A stretch of DNA of 64,000 bases from Squalus acanthias (GCA_030390025.1 CM059433.1:24492001-24556000); one strand, 5' to 3'; shown: positions 26,357 to 40,661, numbered from the stretch's first letter. Notes: generated by a model not told the origin, from the letters alone. Program-made: numbers and translations.

Positions 26357-26690
26357 GTAGAGAAGATGTTTCCACTTGTGGGGAAGTCCAAAACTAGAGG
26401 TCATAAATACAAGATAGTCACTAATAAATCCAATAAGGAATTCAGAAGAAACTTCTTTACCCAGAGAGTGGTGAGAATGTGGAACTTACTACCACATGGA
26501 GAAATTGAGGTTAATCGCATAAATGCATTTAGGGGAAGCTAGATAAACACATGAGGGAGAAAGGAATAGAAAAGCTATCCTGATAGGGTGAGATGAAGAG
26601 GAGTGGGAGGAGGTTCGTGTGGAGCATAAACACCAGCACAGACTAGTTGGGCCGAATGGCCTGTTTCTGTGCTGTAGATTCTATGTAGTT
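26357..26690 (+). mobile_element. CR1 LINE 3' end
   Basis: EKMFPLVGKSKTRGH..FFTQRVVRMWN; tail gggccgaatggcctgtttctgtgctgt. Confidence 0.85.
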
Positions 26691-27099
26691 CAAAGAAGGG
26701 ATTGGATTCCGGGAAGGATGTCTCTTGGGTTTGATCAATAAAAGATACAGTAGTCCTATAGTGATATATTTTGCTTCATAAGGCTGGGGGAAGGCATTCG
26801 AGTCCTCTCGGGCTTACACAGTCTCCTTCATTTAAGGTAACATCTCTACTCAAGCTTGAGATTTTCCAGCTTCAATAGGGCTGGCTGACACTAATACTGA
26901 AAAAGTGAAAAGGCCTCAGTCCTCAAACAGCCTGCCCAGTGCAGGCATCAGCAGCTCAGTGCTGACAGAAATTCTGATCAATACCAAAATTAGGGTAAAT
27001 GGAAGGAACCAACTTCAGTCATGAAGAACTGATGTAGTTGTGAGAATGAAAAACTCAGTTAGTGAACACCCCACTTCCCCCAAAGAGATTTTGCAAAGG

Positions 27100-27975
27100 A
27101 TTCTTTCAGCGTTGTGTCCTCCTCGGTATATACAGATTATTTGAACTTGGGTATAAGGAACACAATCTATCTTCACTGACAACACAAATAGGAGCTTTGA
27201 TAAACTGTGAGGAGGACTGTAAAAGACTTGAGGGCAATATAGACAGGCTAGCAGAATGGCAGACAGGTGGCAAAGATAATATGGGTAATTGTGAGGAATT
27301 TGGGAGGAAAAATAAGGAATGGGATTATACATTCAATGGAAACATGCTGAAGAGTGAGTATGAACAGCGACACCTTGGGACAAGTGCAGATAGATAATGC
27401 CATAAAAACACCAATACCATTTTGGGTTTTATCATTAGAACTGTACAGGAGTAACAAAGTGATAAATTTATACAAAATACTGATTCGGCCACAGTTAAAA
27501 TATAGAGCAGTTCTGGATGCCTCATTATAGAAAGGACATTAAAGCCCTAGTGATTGTAGATTTATCAGGATGATGCCAGGGATGGTAAACTATCGTTCTG
27601 AGAAGAGACTTCAAATAATGAAATGATTTCCACTGGAGCAAAGAAGGAGGAGATTTCTTGAAATACTGAAGGGTTTTGATGGGATGAAAAGGGAAAAGCT
27701 ATTTCCATTGGCCGAGGAGTTGTGACTGTTATCAATTTAAAATTGTCACACAAAGTGAAGAGAGGTGAGGAGAAATTTCTTTACACAAAAGTATGGATGT
27801 TTTGACACAGGGAATGGTTGAGGCATAGACCATTGTGTCTTTTTAAGGGAAAACTGGGTAACTATTTAAAGCAGAGGAAGGTACAGGGCCCTTGGGTGAG
27901 TAGGGTTAGTATTGAATTACTCGAGTACAGAACTGGCACTGGCGCAGTGGACCAAATGGCCGCCTCCTGTGCTCA
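27100..27975 (+). mobile_element. Old degraded CR1 LINE
   Basis: EEDCKRLEGNIDRLAEWQ remnant; CR1-like tail near 27950. Confidence 0.7.
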
Positions 27976-28424
27976 AACTAATTTGGACCATGTTGCTCAT
28001 CCAGCCAAGCCTTTGCGCTAGTCTGCCATAGATACCCTTGACACAGAGGCCAGGTGCAATCTGAGACATTTTACTCAGTATACGGCATGCTTTAAGATTT
28101 CACGTTCCCTTGTAGAATTTCGAGACAACCTGGAACTTCCTTTCTTGGGGCATCATCTTTTTGGTCACTGAGTTGAAAATCACTTTGGAAACTTCAAAAA
28201 GCCTGAAAGCTGGTCTATGACCCACTATAAAATTAAATTAATGAATAAGGTGAAGGATGGTATGAATGGAATATCAGAATGGAACAAGTCTGAGCTAAGA
28301 ATTTGTTTCTAATAATGGCCACAAATTTAAATTTGTAAATTCTTGAAGCCTAAATAAATGGTTTACCCATCCTTATTGAAGCTTTTCAAGTTGGTCAGAA
28401 TGACTTTTATTTCTTTTTTTGTAG

Positions 28425-28537
28425 GAAACTGGAATAGGAAAAACAGTAAATGGATTCAGGAAAAATAAAGTTGTTGGTAACATTGCCAAAGAGTTGGTAT
28501 GCCAGTGGAAAAAATTAATTCCTCAGGAAACATCCAG
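28425..28537 (+). CDS. eloal: Elongin A-like exon 3 ([37 protein letters not shown])
   Basis: Polypyrimidine tract + gtag|, 113 nt, donor AG|GTAGGC (phase 2). Carries the ETG.GKTVN...WKKL signature of the TFIIS N-terminal domain. Confidence 0.94.
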
Positions 28538-31500
28538 GTAGGCTTTCACCGACAGCTTCTAGATGGTGTTCTAAATTGAGATTTATTCAATGCAAATGCC
28601 AATTCTGTGTTCCTCAAATGTTGTTGTGTTGCCAAATTGGCTGTTTCTAGCACATGAATTACAAGTCATTTACAAGTGGGTGTGTAGTGACTTCAAAATA
28701 TTTGAAGTTAAAAAATGTGGGCTCTAAAATTCCTATGGTCAGAGGAGGCGGAAAGGCTAGGAAGAGGGCTGGGAATGTAGGCAGAGCCAAGTTATGCCAG
28801 GATTTTGCCCCAATTGCACTGACCCTTTTAAATCCCAGTGGGGGAGCCCATGGGCACATCAAGGGGCTGTGTCTGGGGTAGTTCTTGGGCTTCCCCAGAA
28901 TTCTGCCCATTACGCCCTCGGTAGGCCTCAGCAGAACTGATGCCAGCTGAGAGTTGACATGAGGCCTTTAAAAAGGCCCCAAACCTTGACCAGACTACAG
29001 TAATTGATCCTGGAGGAAATTGATTACCTTATTCTGCAGGGACTGTGGCTCCACTAGCAGTGAATCATTTTCTGGCCATTTATTTCTTCAGCCCAGAACG
29101 GTCTGAGGGCACAACCCAATTAGGTTGTGGGCTGCTGGGATGGATCAGGCAGGTGCCACTGAAGCTCCCTTCAGGTGCAATGTGCCAACCCCAGTCATGC
29201 AAATGATGCTCTGCACAGCAGTTAAGATGAGGTGTCCAACTTTAGGCTGGGGCAGGCCTAGAGGGTTTCACTACGAGACTTTTATTGGTGTAGCAAGTCT
29301 CTGGCATTTCAGTAGCAATATTTTTTTGAAATTTGGGGATTTCCAATCCTGAAGTTTCCCAACATATTGGTTTCCTTATGTGCCTTTTTTCAAATACACA
29401 GGGAGATGGAATATGCTGTGCGAGCGCATTGTTCTTTTTTAATTGTATAATGTAAATCAATGAAAATATAGTAAATAGTTGGGCAGAGTTTTTACAAGAT
29501 TTTGTTTTCTGATTTTTCTTTTATTGCTTCATTGGCTGCAAAGCGTTTTGGGGCATCCTGAGGTCATGAAAGGCACTATATAAATGCCAGTCTTTGTTTC
29601 TTTCTTCCCTTCTACTCCACTCCAGACTGTCAGGTGATTTTTAAATAAAAGCTAAAAAAAAAATGAAAATGTAATTTAAAATTAAGAACTGAAAACTAAA
29701 GCATACACGTTGAATGCCCAACAATTGACACTTTTTGGTTCCCAAGGTGAGCTGATGTTTCTTTGTGTCAGCCTCATCATTTTTTGCAATAAGATCTGTA
29801 AAACTATGATTCTCTTGGTAGGCATGCAATGGTACCACAAGAACAGAAGAGAACGGTTCATTTCTGGAGAAATAGGGGCTCATTATTGTGTACCACTACT
29901 GCTCTCTCTCAACTGCATAAATGTGTGAGGATGGGACAAGCAGGCATGTGGACAGATGGTGCTGTAGAAACTTGAAGAACTAGTTATTAGATATTTTGAA
30001 ACGAGGGAAGTAGATGGTGCAGTGGGTAAGCATATTATCCTGTCTTCTCCAGGACTTGGGTAAATCCACCCAAATTGACTATATGAAATCCTTCTCTGTC
30101 TGTTGGTCGTAAGGGTCTTGTGTGAAGTAAGTTTGCCCTTAAGCCAGTTCCCATTATGCATGGTATTATAGTGTAAAATTGCGTAACAGTTGGGACTGAA
30201 TTAGCAGTCTTACTCAGACTACATGTTTGGGAAATGGGAAAATATCACACTAGTGCAGTAGGAGCTATTCTTAGGTTGGGCTTAGGCACATCATTAAACC
30301 AGAGTTTATGGAACGTTACTCTGTATGTAGCTGTGTTATTCCTGACCCTGGAGTATTTGAAATGGGAAAAGTGTTTCTTTTTCCTAATCTAACTTGTATC
30401 AATTGCATCTCCTCCAAAAATTCTAAAACAAAAATATTATGTTTTCAAGGATGTGTTTTTTTGTGTAGTGGTTAAATGATATGACTGAGCCATACAGAAC
30501 AAGTTGAATTATGGATCATATTGAGTTGGTTGATCTGAGCTCGGGTGATCGACAGAAAACTGCTATCATTCGGAACTAAATTAAAACTATATTAGGTGGG
30601 GAGGCCTAATTGGCCTTGGGATCCCTAGACAAGGGAGAGGCAACGTTGATCATGGTTCCTGCTTTTAATAATTATCCAGAGATCCTTGTATTAAGTACAC
30701 CTCTGGGTGCTGGCTGAGAATGGGATTGGGTTCAGTTGTGATAGTTTCCACAGTCAAATAGCCTGCCTCATATGCAAAGAACGTGCGGTCCTGGAGGGCT
30801 ACCACTGTCTGGGGAGTTGTAACCCAGCCATAAGTTGTCACCTTCAGGAGAGAAAGGTTAAAGGAAAAATTGGAGGAAACCTTATTCTACTTTTGGGGTC
30901 TGTTGTTGGCGTGGAGCACTGCCAAATTAAGTGTAGTATGATCAGGTCCTTTTACTATGCTCTGATCTCAAGAGAAAGCTTCCCTTTGGACTGATCTGAA
31001 GTGTTGTTTCCCACCCCAGCGATCTCTCTGTTCTTAAGTGATGCTAATTCAATACCTAATTTTAGGCAGTTTTTTGTCGATTTCACCAGGAGTGTCAGGA
31101 AGTGGGTTGGATTTAAACTCGGATTTCAGAGGTGAAAGGATCGTGTGTTATCCCATTGCACCACCCAGTACCTGGATCTACATTATTTTTATTTAAGATA
31201 TACTTATCAGGAGAGCTGTCTCTCCGGCTCTACATTAAATGTGAGGAAGACTACGTAACATGTAAGTGCAAAGTGTCAAGAATTTGAATCAAGAATAAAC
31301 TGTTAATGACCTATAACCTTGGAAATGGTAGAGGAATAACCAGTAGCTTCGTGGAAATGGAGTCCGTGAATTATGCATCCATAGACTTAATTTTACTAGT
31401 ATGATATTTTTGTGTATATTGTACATGCTCAAGACCCTTTACCATGCATGATAGGACTATTAAGATGATTTATTGTGGACGCAAATATTTATTGTGAGGT

Positions 31501-31564
31501 TTATTTTTTCCTCTTTTCAATTGGTCTTTAATTTTATTGGAATGTTTTTTTTTTTGTGGAATAG

Positions 31565-32516
31565 CAGTGAACAGAATGAAAGGAAGAGCAATAATGACCA
31601 TGGCCATTTTAGGAAGAAGGATAGAAAGGAAAATACAAACAAGTCATCTGGGCTCTCCAGTCATGAAGAGACTTTGCAGGCGACTGATGTGAATAAATCT
31701 GCAAAATGCTTAAATGAGGAAGGAAGTCCAGAAAAGAGAGATGAGGTTATGTGTTATCAGCGACCTTCTAAGATCAATCCTGATCAGCTAAAGGCCAGTG
31801 AATACAAGCCTTCACAGAAGGAAAGAAAAGAATACAGTCATTGTGCATCAAAAAACAGTTCTCCACTTACTCAAAAATCTCTTCAGGTTCAGAAATGTGA
31901 AAAAACAAAATCTTCACATAAGAACCAAAATAACTCTTCCAGAAAAGATGAAAAGTCTACTGGTGGCCATCAAACCAAAAAGCCCACACAACAGGAGAAG
32001 GAGTCTTCCCTGGAAAGCTCTGCTACATCCTACAACGCCTGTCAGGAAAAATCTCATTCAGAGAAAGGTACTCATGAAAATGGTAAAAAGAATAAAAGCA
32101 GATCTGTGGACAAAACGGAACATTCTAAATTATCTAGCAAGATGCAGAAAGGGTCTGAAAAGGACAAAGGAAGTCTTGGATCAGGCAAATCCCAGGACAT
32201 GTCACGTATGACTAAAGACAGCATTAAAGGCTGTAAAGTAGAAGATGTATCTAAATTTGAAAATGAAGAGTTTGAAAAACCAGCTATGGCTTTTGAAGCA
32301 TATCTAAACTATGAGGAACCAAAAAGAAAAGCAAAAAAAACCCATAAAAATAAGAATTCACCTATGCCAGGAAAACACACAGACTCTAAATTGATCACCA
32401 CTATAAAAAAGGAGAGTGTTGGATCTGACTCATCTCACCGTAAGGAAAGCAAAATAAAGAGGAATGCAGACAAAAGAAAACATGAAGACACTTGGCTTCA
32501 AACACCAAATAAAAAG
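31565..32516 (+). CDS. eloal: Elongin A-like exon 4 (large K/S/E-rich low-complexity linker)
   Basis: Lies within ORF 31473..32558. Acceptor tag|cag| is phase-2 compatible; donor AAG|GTATAC at 32517 (phase 0). Contains FEKPAMAFEAYLNYEEPKRK, matching the Elongin A FE.P.MSFE.YL.Y motif. Confidence 0.9.
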
Positions 32517-33634
32517 GTATACTTTTTTAAAGAAAACTGTGAGCCCAACCAGATATAGATTTTAGAGCAGGAAGGAAGCAAGTTGGAGGGATTTAAGGAG
32601 GAAGCTCAAGAGGGTAGAGGCATGGTGGTTGAATGAGTGACCACCAATTGTACAGCTTAAAGATGACACTAACAAGGATCTAACAGCATCAGAAGAGCAA
32701 AGGGTAAGTGCAGTTGTGAACTTGCCTAGCAAGCTTTCTGTTTGTATTTGGAATGCTGGATAGCAAAATATCCATCAGCATTTCACTACGTTACTTGTGT
32801 TGCGTTCGAGTACCGTGCTCTTGTTTTGCGTTTAGGGCTGACAAAGGTCAGAGGTTGCATGAGGTGTGGTCTTGGAGGCAGTGGAGCATGGCAAGAACCA
32901 GATGGTAGAAGTGTGGGCTTTGAACAGGTAAGGCTATGGGCCACAGCATTCTGAATCCGTTATAATTTATGGAATTAAATCTCGGATTTCAGCTGGGGGA
33001 GCATTAGAGAAATCAGCATTCGGGTAATAAAGGCATGGATTAGAATTTCAGCATCAGTGAGTGAGAGGGAGAGACAGAGGCACAATGCAGTCTTGTGGGG
33101 AAGGAAACTAAACTTCAGATCAACAATATGCTAAGGTTCTGAACTACAAGACTTGGCCCGTTGCAAATAGACCCCTACACAAAGTAAAAAGGCCCAAACA
33201 ATACATTTCCAGGTGTAGATGGTATTTATCTGAGTGCTGAGAGAGACTAGGGACCTGATTTGTGAGATATTGAGGATCTTTGAGGAAGTCACTGGACATT
33301 GGGGAAATATCAATAGATTGGAAACAGGCCAATGTGGTGACCATATTCAAAAGGGTGACAAATCAGATACGGTTAACTATAGACCGATTAGTCTGTCTTC
33401 AATTCAGCTATAAACTTAAGAGTATCTGTACAGTAATAACTTAGTGAACAGCATGGATTCAGAAAGGGAAGATCCTGCCTGACTAACCTCTTTTTGTCTT
33501 CTTTGAAGTTATATTCCAAGTGAACTGTGGTAAGCTCCATGACGTGTTGTACCTAGACTTTCAGAAGGCATTTGTCAAAGTTCCACGTGAAACACTGTCT
33601 GTCAAGCTCAAAGCTGTAGGGATTCAGAGTCAAA

Positions 33635-34092
33635 AGAATTCAGTATTCAAATCCCACCATGACAGTTTGAGAATTTGAATTCAGTTTTTAATTAAATCTG
33701 GAAATGAAAAGCTGGTATAAGTTAATTTAAAAAGAAAAGTGACCATGAAGTTACTGGATTGTCATTAAAAACCCAACTGGTTCATGTCGGCAGGTATCCT
33801 TCCCTAAAGGACCTTACCTGGCCTGGCCTATATGTGACTCAGTCCCACACCAAGTGGTTGAGTCTTAACTGCCCTTTGAAGTGGCTTCATAAGCCACTTG
33901 GTTATATCAAACCACTACAAAGAATAACAAGAATTTTTAATAAAAAGGGCAAACCTAAAAGCATTGTGGGAGTAGCTTTACTACACGGACTGGAAGCAGT
34001 TGAAGAAGACGGCTCACCACTACCTTCTCAGGGCAACTAGGGATAGGCAGTAAATACTGGCCATGCCAGCAACAGGCACATCCTGAAAAAAA
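33635..34092 (+). mobile_element. SINE-sized derivative of the tRNA-headed element at 15755-16970
   Basis: Starts at ttcaaatcccacca (B-box region) and shares aaatctggaa, aaaaccca.ctggttca, cttaactgccct.tgaa.tggc. Then jumps to the 3' end gggcaactagggat.ggca.taaat.ctggcc.tgccagc + A tail. Confidence 0.75.
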
Positions 34093-35206
34093 GGAATTTT
34101 TAAAAAAGATTCAATGGTCTCTGCCTAAACTACTCTTGTTGCTGTAATAACTGAGCAAAGACATTTCTTCTAACCTGCCTCCACACACACGAACAATTTT
34201 AAAATTGATGACCCCAAGACACTAACTCTCAAACTAGAGGAAATGGTCTTTCCCAAATCCTCTATTAAAACCTTTCATAATTTTAAAATCTTTTCAGTCT
34301 GCTCTTAGCCTTCTCTGCTCCAGTAGAAATAGTCCCGGTATCTCCAGTCTTTCCTATAGTTAACTCTAGTTTCCCAACCCTGGCATCATCCTGGTGAATC
34401 TATGCTGTGCACTCTGTGGCTTTCATGTTATTATAATAATGGGTTGTCCAAAATTGCATGCAGTATTCTAACTGTGGCCTAATCTTTGCCTTGTACAAAT
34501 TGATCATTACCTCTTTGTTTTTGAACTCTATACCCATATTTATAAAAACCCAAAATGCTGTTGACTTTTTGTATGGTTTTATCTTGTATTTCATTGGCTG
34601 TAAAGTGCTTTGGGATGTCCTGACGTCGTCATCATCAGCCATGATCTTATTGAATGGCGGAGCAGGCTCAAGGAGCCGTATGGCCTACTCCTGCTCTTAT
34701 TTCTTATGCCATGAAAGGCACTATATTAATGCGTTTTTTTTTCTTTCTATCTACCTGCACTTGCACTTTGAATGAGTTATGTATTTGAATCCCCTGGTCT
34801 CTCTCATCATCCATACCCTTCACAATTGGTTGCACACTCTGTCCTTGTTTTTCCTCCCAAAATGTATTGCCTCTCAATTCTCATTAAATTACATCTGCCA
34901 CCTGTCTATTGGTACACTACATTCTCAATAAATAATTTCATACTGTCCCTTGTTTGGTTTTTCTTATATTGGGGCAGCTCCATGTGAACTATGCAACACA
35001 ATGGATGGCCAGTTTATAGAGGAGCAATGAAAGCCATTCACCTTTAAATGGGCTGTTTAGATATGATCTCTGTTGTATAAAGCTCTGTACATAGCACTTC
35101 TATTTGGCAACAGGCGGCACCTAGGAGCTATTGCTGCATCACAGGAAAAGCGTTTGATTCTCCGCAATAACTAACTTCACAAGTAAAGACATTGATGGCA
35201 TACTTA

Positions 35207-36445
35207 GGCCGATATTTTGTAAATGGATGCGGCTTGGGAGCGGGTCAGCTGGTTTCCGGGTTCCAGTCCCGCCCCCCAACTACATCCAGCCCACGGATGT
35301 GATTTTCTCTTGATTGACTTTGTTAAGCTCGCCCTGCGGGCTTGCTGGCCAATTAATAGGAAGCCGGTCAGATGAAGTCATTTGATGACACGTCATCTGC
35401 CGGTTTTCTTAAAGGGACCGTGCACAATTTTTTTTGACAGCTCATTTCTCAGTGTTTGACAGCATTGAGGTGCTGCAAACACTGACAATCACTGTACAGG
35501 AAACTCTTTATTAACCAGCACTGACGGGACCGGCGTGGTGCCGGTTAATCAAAAAGTCCAGAAAATGGAGAGTTATATCTCCCAACGTACGAGAGCCCCA
35601 TACACATTGACATGCGCCTGCATTCGCAGCTCCGTCTCCCCGGGGACCGCCAGCTGACCATCTGTCGTGTCCGCTGCCTACCCGGGCTGTACATTCCCCT
35701 CCCAATCTACACGCTCCGATACAAGGCAAACGCCTCGGGGTTTTATTTAAAGTTAATTTTAAACGAGAGATGAAGGAAAACCCTGGTTACCTACTCAAGA
35801 ATTTTGCCAGTTAAGAGAGATTTCCGGATATTTGGGTGCCGGTTAATAAAGAGTTTCCTGTACAAAGGTGAGCTCTTGCACCCAGGCTCTCCAATGACTC
35901 CCTCCATACGCTAGAACAGATGGCAGCTGCAGGTAAGGTTACAGAAGCGATCTGTCACTGGTGAGAGAGGTTCTCCCAATGAGGTGGGACTAGACATCCA
36001 ATTCAAAACTTGTTCCTGACAAAGTGTAAGTGCATTAAAAATGATTTTCCCAACATTTTCTTACCTCTGAAACTCACCAGTGCACCATTGGATCCTTCAC
36101 ACCACTTCTGCAGCTGTCATCAATGCAGAAACATTACAGCAGACTCTCAACACGCCACACGTACCTGGTGTGGTGTCCGGACGTCGGAAAACCTGAGGCA
36201 GAAGCGGTAAAATTGAAAAAGAGCCTGTTAACAACTATCAAGTACCTGTTAACAGGCAGGTAAGTGGCTTTAATCCTCTTTCCACCGCTAGGTGTCGGGT
36301 CCATGCGCAAATCGGGGACCCGACACTTGGGAAGATTGATTGGAGGCGGGTTGATGGCGGGTTTCCGACCCGCTGTCAATCTTTGCGATTTTGACAGTGG
36401 TCCCACCTCCAAACCCGCACTCTGGGCGCCGTCAAAATTCCGGCC
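35207..36445 (+). mobile_element. Non-autonomous Harbinger-family DNA transposon with nested MITE
   Basis: TIRs ggccgatattttg / caaaattccggcc, flanked by TTA / TGA. 35400-35910 matches the start of the Myb/SANT ORF region of the 53690-55433 element. Confidence 0.75.
35497..35860. mobile_element. pogo/Tigger-like MITE (364 bp)
   Basis: 25-bp TIRs caggaaactctttattaacc(a/g)gcac with one mismatch; TA on both sides (35495-6, 35861-2). Confidence 0.9.
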
Positions 36446-37499
36446 TGAGTCTCTGGGAACACTGGGAATGTTAATTCTGAATGAATGTAATGCAGAGCTT
36501 GTTGCTTTTCTGTTTTATAGTGGGAGAAGTGGGTTCAGTGCTGTTCTGGGCTGTAGACTTCTCATTGGCTGAAGTTAAAGGTGTATAGCAGGTTTCAAAT
36601 GATTATTGAGGCTGGACTACAAAGCCGATGATTTCTACCATTCGGCTACTGAATACTGCTTTCTGGTTTTGTAAAAATTAAATCTGTTCTGATTAAAGCA
36701 GATTGTTAATGTTCATAAAAAGAAATAAAAGCAGAAGATGCTGTATATACCCAGCAGGTCTTTCACCGCCTTAAGGTTTTGGATATTGAATTTAAAACCC
36801 ACCCCTCCTATAATCTTTCTTCATCTCGGTGTTGACTTTGTCTGATTACACTTCTGTAAAGCGCCTTGGGACGTTTTTATACATTAAAGGCACTATATAA
36901 ATGCAAGTTTATTGTTGGATCTATAACTGGGATATGATCGAGTCTTTATGAATCTGTAATTAGATTTCTGATATATTCATGGATCTTTTACTACCTGTGG
37001 CTGAGAGCAGGTGACTCGGCCCCCAGGTTTCTGACAATCCAATATTTTAGCCAATCCCGAGAAGATTAGCTAAATGATTACTCCCTGGAAATATTCACTG
37101 GAGAAGACACGAGTGGCATGCCATCCACCATAGGAGATTCTACATCTAAACTTCATGACTTTTTAGCAGCACTGGCAGAGAGGTCCTAGTTAGGCTCAAA
37201 GGGCTTAAAATTAATAAATCCCCAGGGAGAAATGGTACAAGTTAATGCTACTAAATAAGATTAGAGATGAAATTTGCTAAGTACTGACAATCATTATTAA
37301 AAAATAGGTAACTACAGACTCATTAATCTTACTCCAGTATTTGTTCTAATAATCAGTTCCATTATTTTGCCAATCATTTAGAGTTACCTATATAAAATTA
37401 ATCTAGTGAAAACACTTTCAGAAGGGAGCGATCCTGCCTGGAAATATAGGTACACTATGATGTAGTGTACCTAGACTTCCAAAAAGCCTATAATTAGAA

Positions 37500-37925
37500 A
37501 GCAAGAAAGGACTTATATTTATTTAGTACCTTTCATGTCCTGAAGCACTTTGCAGCTAATTAATTGCTTTTCAAATGCAATCACTGTTGTTTTTGTAGCT
37601 AAGTGTGGCAGCCATTTTGTGCAAAAGGTCTCAGACAGTAGTGAGATAAATTACCAATTGATGTGTTTTTTGGAGGTGTTGTTTGAGGGATATATGTTGG
37701 CCAGGACACTGGAGAACTCTCCTGCTCCTCTTCAAATAGTGCATGGGATCTTTTATGTCCACCTGAATAGACCTTCGTTTAACATCCCATCTAAGAGACA
37801 GCATCTCTCTCCATGCAGCGCTCCCTTAGTACTGCACTGAAGTCCCAGTGTCGCTTTATATGCTCAAGTCTCTGGAGTGGGACTTCTACCACATCCTTCT
37901 GACTCAGGCAAGGCTACTCTTGGCC
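37500..37925 (-). mobile_element. Deu-domain SINE, diverged
   Basis: Same order of motifs as 4367-4842. Confidence 0.8.
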
Positions 37926-38379
37926 AAGCAAACACTTGAGTGTGGCATGAAATGTTGCTACACAAGGATAAAGTGGTGGGTATCTTGAATAAGGAATTGG
38001 TTGAAGGAGAGGAAGCAGGAGTTATTAGATAAGGAGGTGATGCAGGCTGGGGAGATGTACTGAGTAGAATACCTCCTGGGATTAGTGTTGGGCCCCTACT
38101 GTTTCTAATCCACATCAATGATCCTGATTCAAAATAACAATGCAAGTTAGTAAAATTATTACGAAACGAGGGGCCAGGAATCAATTCTGATGAGGCAGCC
38201 CAGACAAAGTTTGCAAGTGGGTGGAGCTATGACCGATAATTCAGGACCAGTAAATGCAACGTGTTGCACATTGCAAGAGGGGGGGAAAAAAAGGGGAAAT
38301 ATTTGATGAATGGTATTGAAGTAGCTAGGGTAGTGCCAGTTATAGTTATTGCCGAGCAGCATTCAACAAATCAAACCCA

Positions 38380-39070
38380 ATGGTTCGGATCTTGCGGTCC
38401 TGATGACGGCAAACTGGCAGCGTTCGCCGTCATTTCGCCTTTGAAACTGACCGCAACGTCAGGATTTAGCGCATGCGCAGCCTAACATGGAAAGAAATCC
38501 TGAAGTTGTGGTCTGTCGTTCACTGCTCCTCCACAGGCTGCGCTGTGGACCTGATTTCCCCCTCCTCCAGAGCCTGCAATCTGTGAAATCACTGATCTGA
38601 CGAAAACTTCCCCTTTTCCGAACAAATATCGCTGTTCGACCCATTCAAATGAGGTGTAACTGGGTTTTTAACGACAATCTGAGTAATAACTACTGATAAA
38701 CAACCGTTCTGGCCCTGAAAAACGAATTTTATATTGGTGGAATGTCAAATTTCTCCATTAAGTTAAAAATTTAGATTTTTAAATTAATGAATTTTTTTTT
38801 AAAGTTTGTTCATGCTATTTCAGCTTCTACCTTAACCCAGTGTGTTTGTCCCAATCTTTATTTCGCGCTCTCAATTTTTTCAAAAGTGATTGCAGAATTC
38901 TCAGACAGGAAATAGAAAGCAATGTTGACGTCACAGCAGTTCGCAGTATACGAAGTTGATTTCAACTGTACGTCGGAAAAGCCGAACTTCTCGCCACAGA
39001 GCTGGCGAGATCTTTGTGGGAAAGTACGGGCCAATGCCAAGCTATATTGCCAGATCAATAGCGTGTAAGT
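38380..39070. mobile_element. MITE-like element related to 8300-9046
   Basis: CpG-rich ends and AT-rich centre; shares the actgataaacaacc.ttctggccctgaaaa segment with ~8590-8620. Confidence 0.5.
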
Positions 39071-40555
39071 CAGAAGCTGCTGTGCTGAAGCTGTAGAGTG
39101 CTCGGTCATACCAAGCCCGAGATGTAGTGCAGAGAAGAGCCAGGAGGTTGATTCTGAATGTCAGAGGAAAGCTTAGAAAAACTCAACTCTTCAACTTGAA
39201 GTCAGACAATTGATATCACTCCATAATCTAATAGAGGTATATAAATTATAGAAATGGTTGATGTGGAGTACTATTTTAAGTTGAACAACTGCAGGGAAAG
39301 GAGACATGGTTGCAAGCTGATAAAAGGGAATTTCAGCTTAGTGTAGAGAAACATTTTGTTACAGGAAGAGTGCTTAAGACCTGGAATGTTTTCTGAAAGG
39401 TAGTGGAGACAGAAACTGCTGTGATGGTGGGTCTGTAAGCTAAGGAAGGGTGAGCTCAGTGGTCTAATAACTTCCCTCATCTATACTTAGCTTTTTGAAG
39501 GTGAAATCAGTGAGCACTTACAAAGGCAGGAGATAATCGGGGACAGTCAGCATGGATCTGTAAAGTATTTGACTACTTTGATTTCCTCATAAAAAGTTCA
39601 ATTCATGTATAGTTAAAGGGAATGCATTGGATGTTGTATATATGGATTTACAGAAGTCATTTTATAAGGTGCCACATAAGGGACGTGTTGAAAATTATGG
39701 CATGTTATTAAAGGGAATGCAGCAATGTGAATAGAGAAATGTTTCAGAGACAATCAGCAGAGTAGGGAGAAATGAATGTTTGGGATAACTGGATGTGGGC
39801 AATAGTGTCCCAGGGATCTGTGCTAAGACTACTTTTGTTATACCATTTGTATAAATGATCCGGATACAGGCACAGAAAGACTGATATTGAAACTTAATGA
39901 TACAAAATTAGGGGGCATTATAAGTGGTGAGGAGGATGTAGAAAGGTTAGTAGAGTGGGAAAATAAATGGCAGATATAATCAATGTAGAGAAATGTGAGA
40001 TGGTCCTTTTTGGGCGGGGGGGAGGGAGAAAAGTAAAAGGAAACATGTTGTAACTTTTCCATACTGGGATTTGTTAGACCGTGGAATACTTTACTGTAAG
40101 TGGCAATTGAAGCATAGACTATAACAATTTAAAAGGGAACTGGATAAGTATTTGAAATGGAAAAATATAAAAGGACAGGGTAGGGAAATAGGATTGGCGT
40201 TTGCAACAGAGCTAGCACCAGACACAATGGGCTGATTGGCCCCCCTGCGTGCTGTAATTTCTAGGATTCCATATGCACTTCAGGCTCAGGTAATTTGGGT
40301 GCTGGATAGCAAAATGTTCACCGGCTTTCCATTAAGTCGCTTGTCGCAGCACAACAGTGTAACTGAGTTAAATGTGCAGCTGCCCCTCTCCATTCACTGA
40401 AGTGCTACATGCCAGTTTTTATATAATGGTGGGTTGGGGAAACAATGTACAATGTTCAGTGCACTCTCTCCATTCAAATAACTTCATATCAGAAGTTTTA
40501 TTATTGTGTTGATAAGAGAAATTCAATTTTACTCAGTTTCTTTTGTGTTCTACAG

Positions 40556-40661
40556 GTGAAAATTGATATTAATAATTTGTTAGCTATCCCATTGCCTAAA
40601 TTTCTACCAGATGTTACTGATATGCCTTCTGATAGTCCACCTGCATCACCGATCAAGAAAC
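40556..40661 (+). CDS. eloal: Elongin A-like exon 5 (VKIDINNLLAIPLPKFLPDVTDMPSDSPPASPIKK)
   Basis: Strong acceptor tttgtgttctacag|, donor C|GTAAGT. 106 nt, phase 0 to 1, exactly bridging exons 4 and 6. Confidence 0.85.

Noticed and set aside
31798..32211. Overlapping 137-aa ORF in an alternative frame of exon 4
   Set aside because: Non-ATG start and no recognisable motif; expected in A-rich low-complexity coding DNA.
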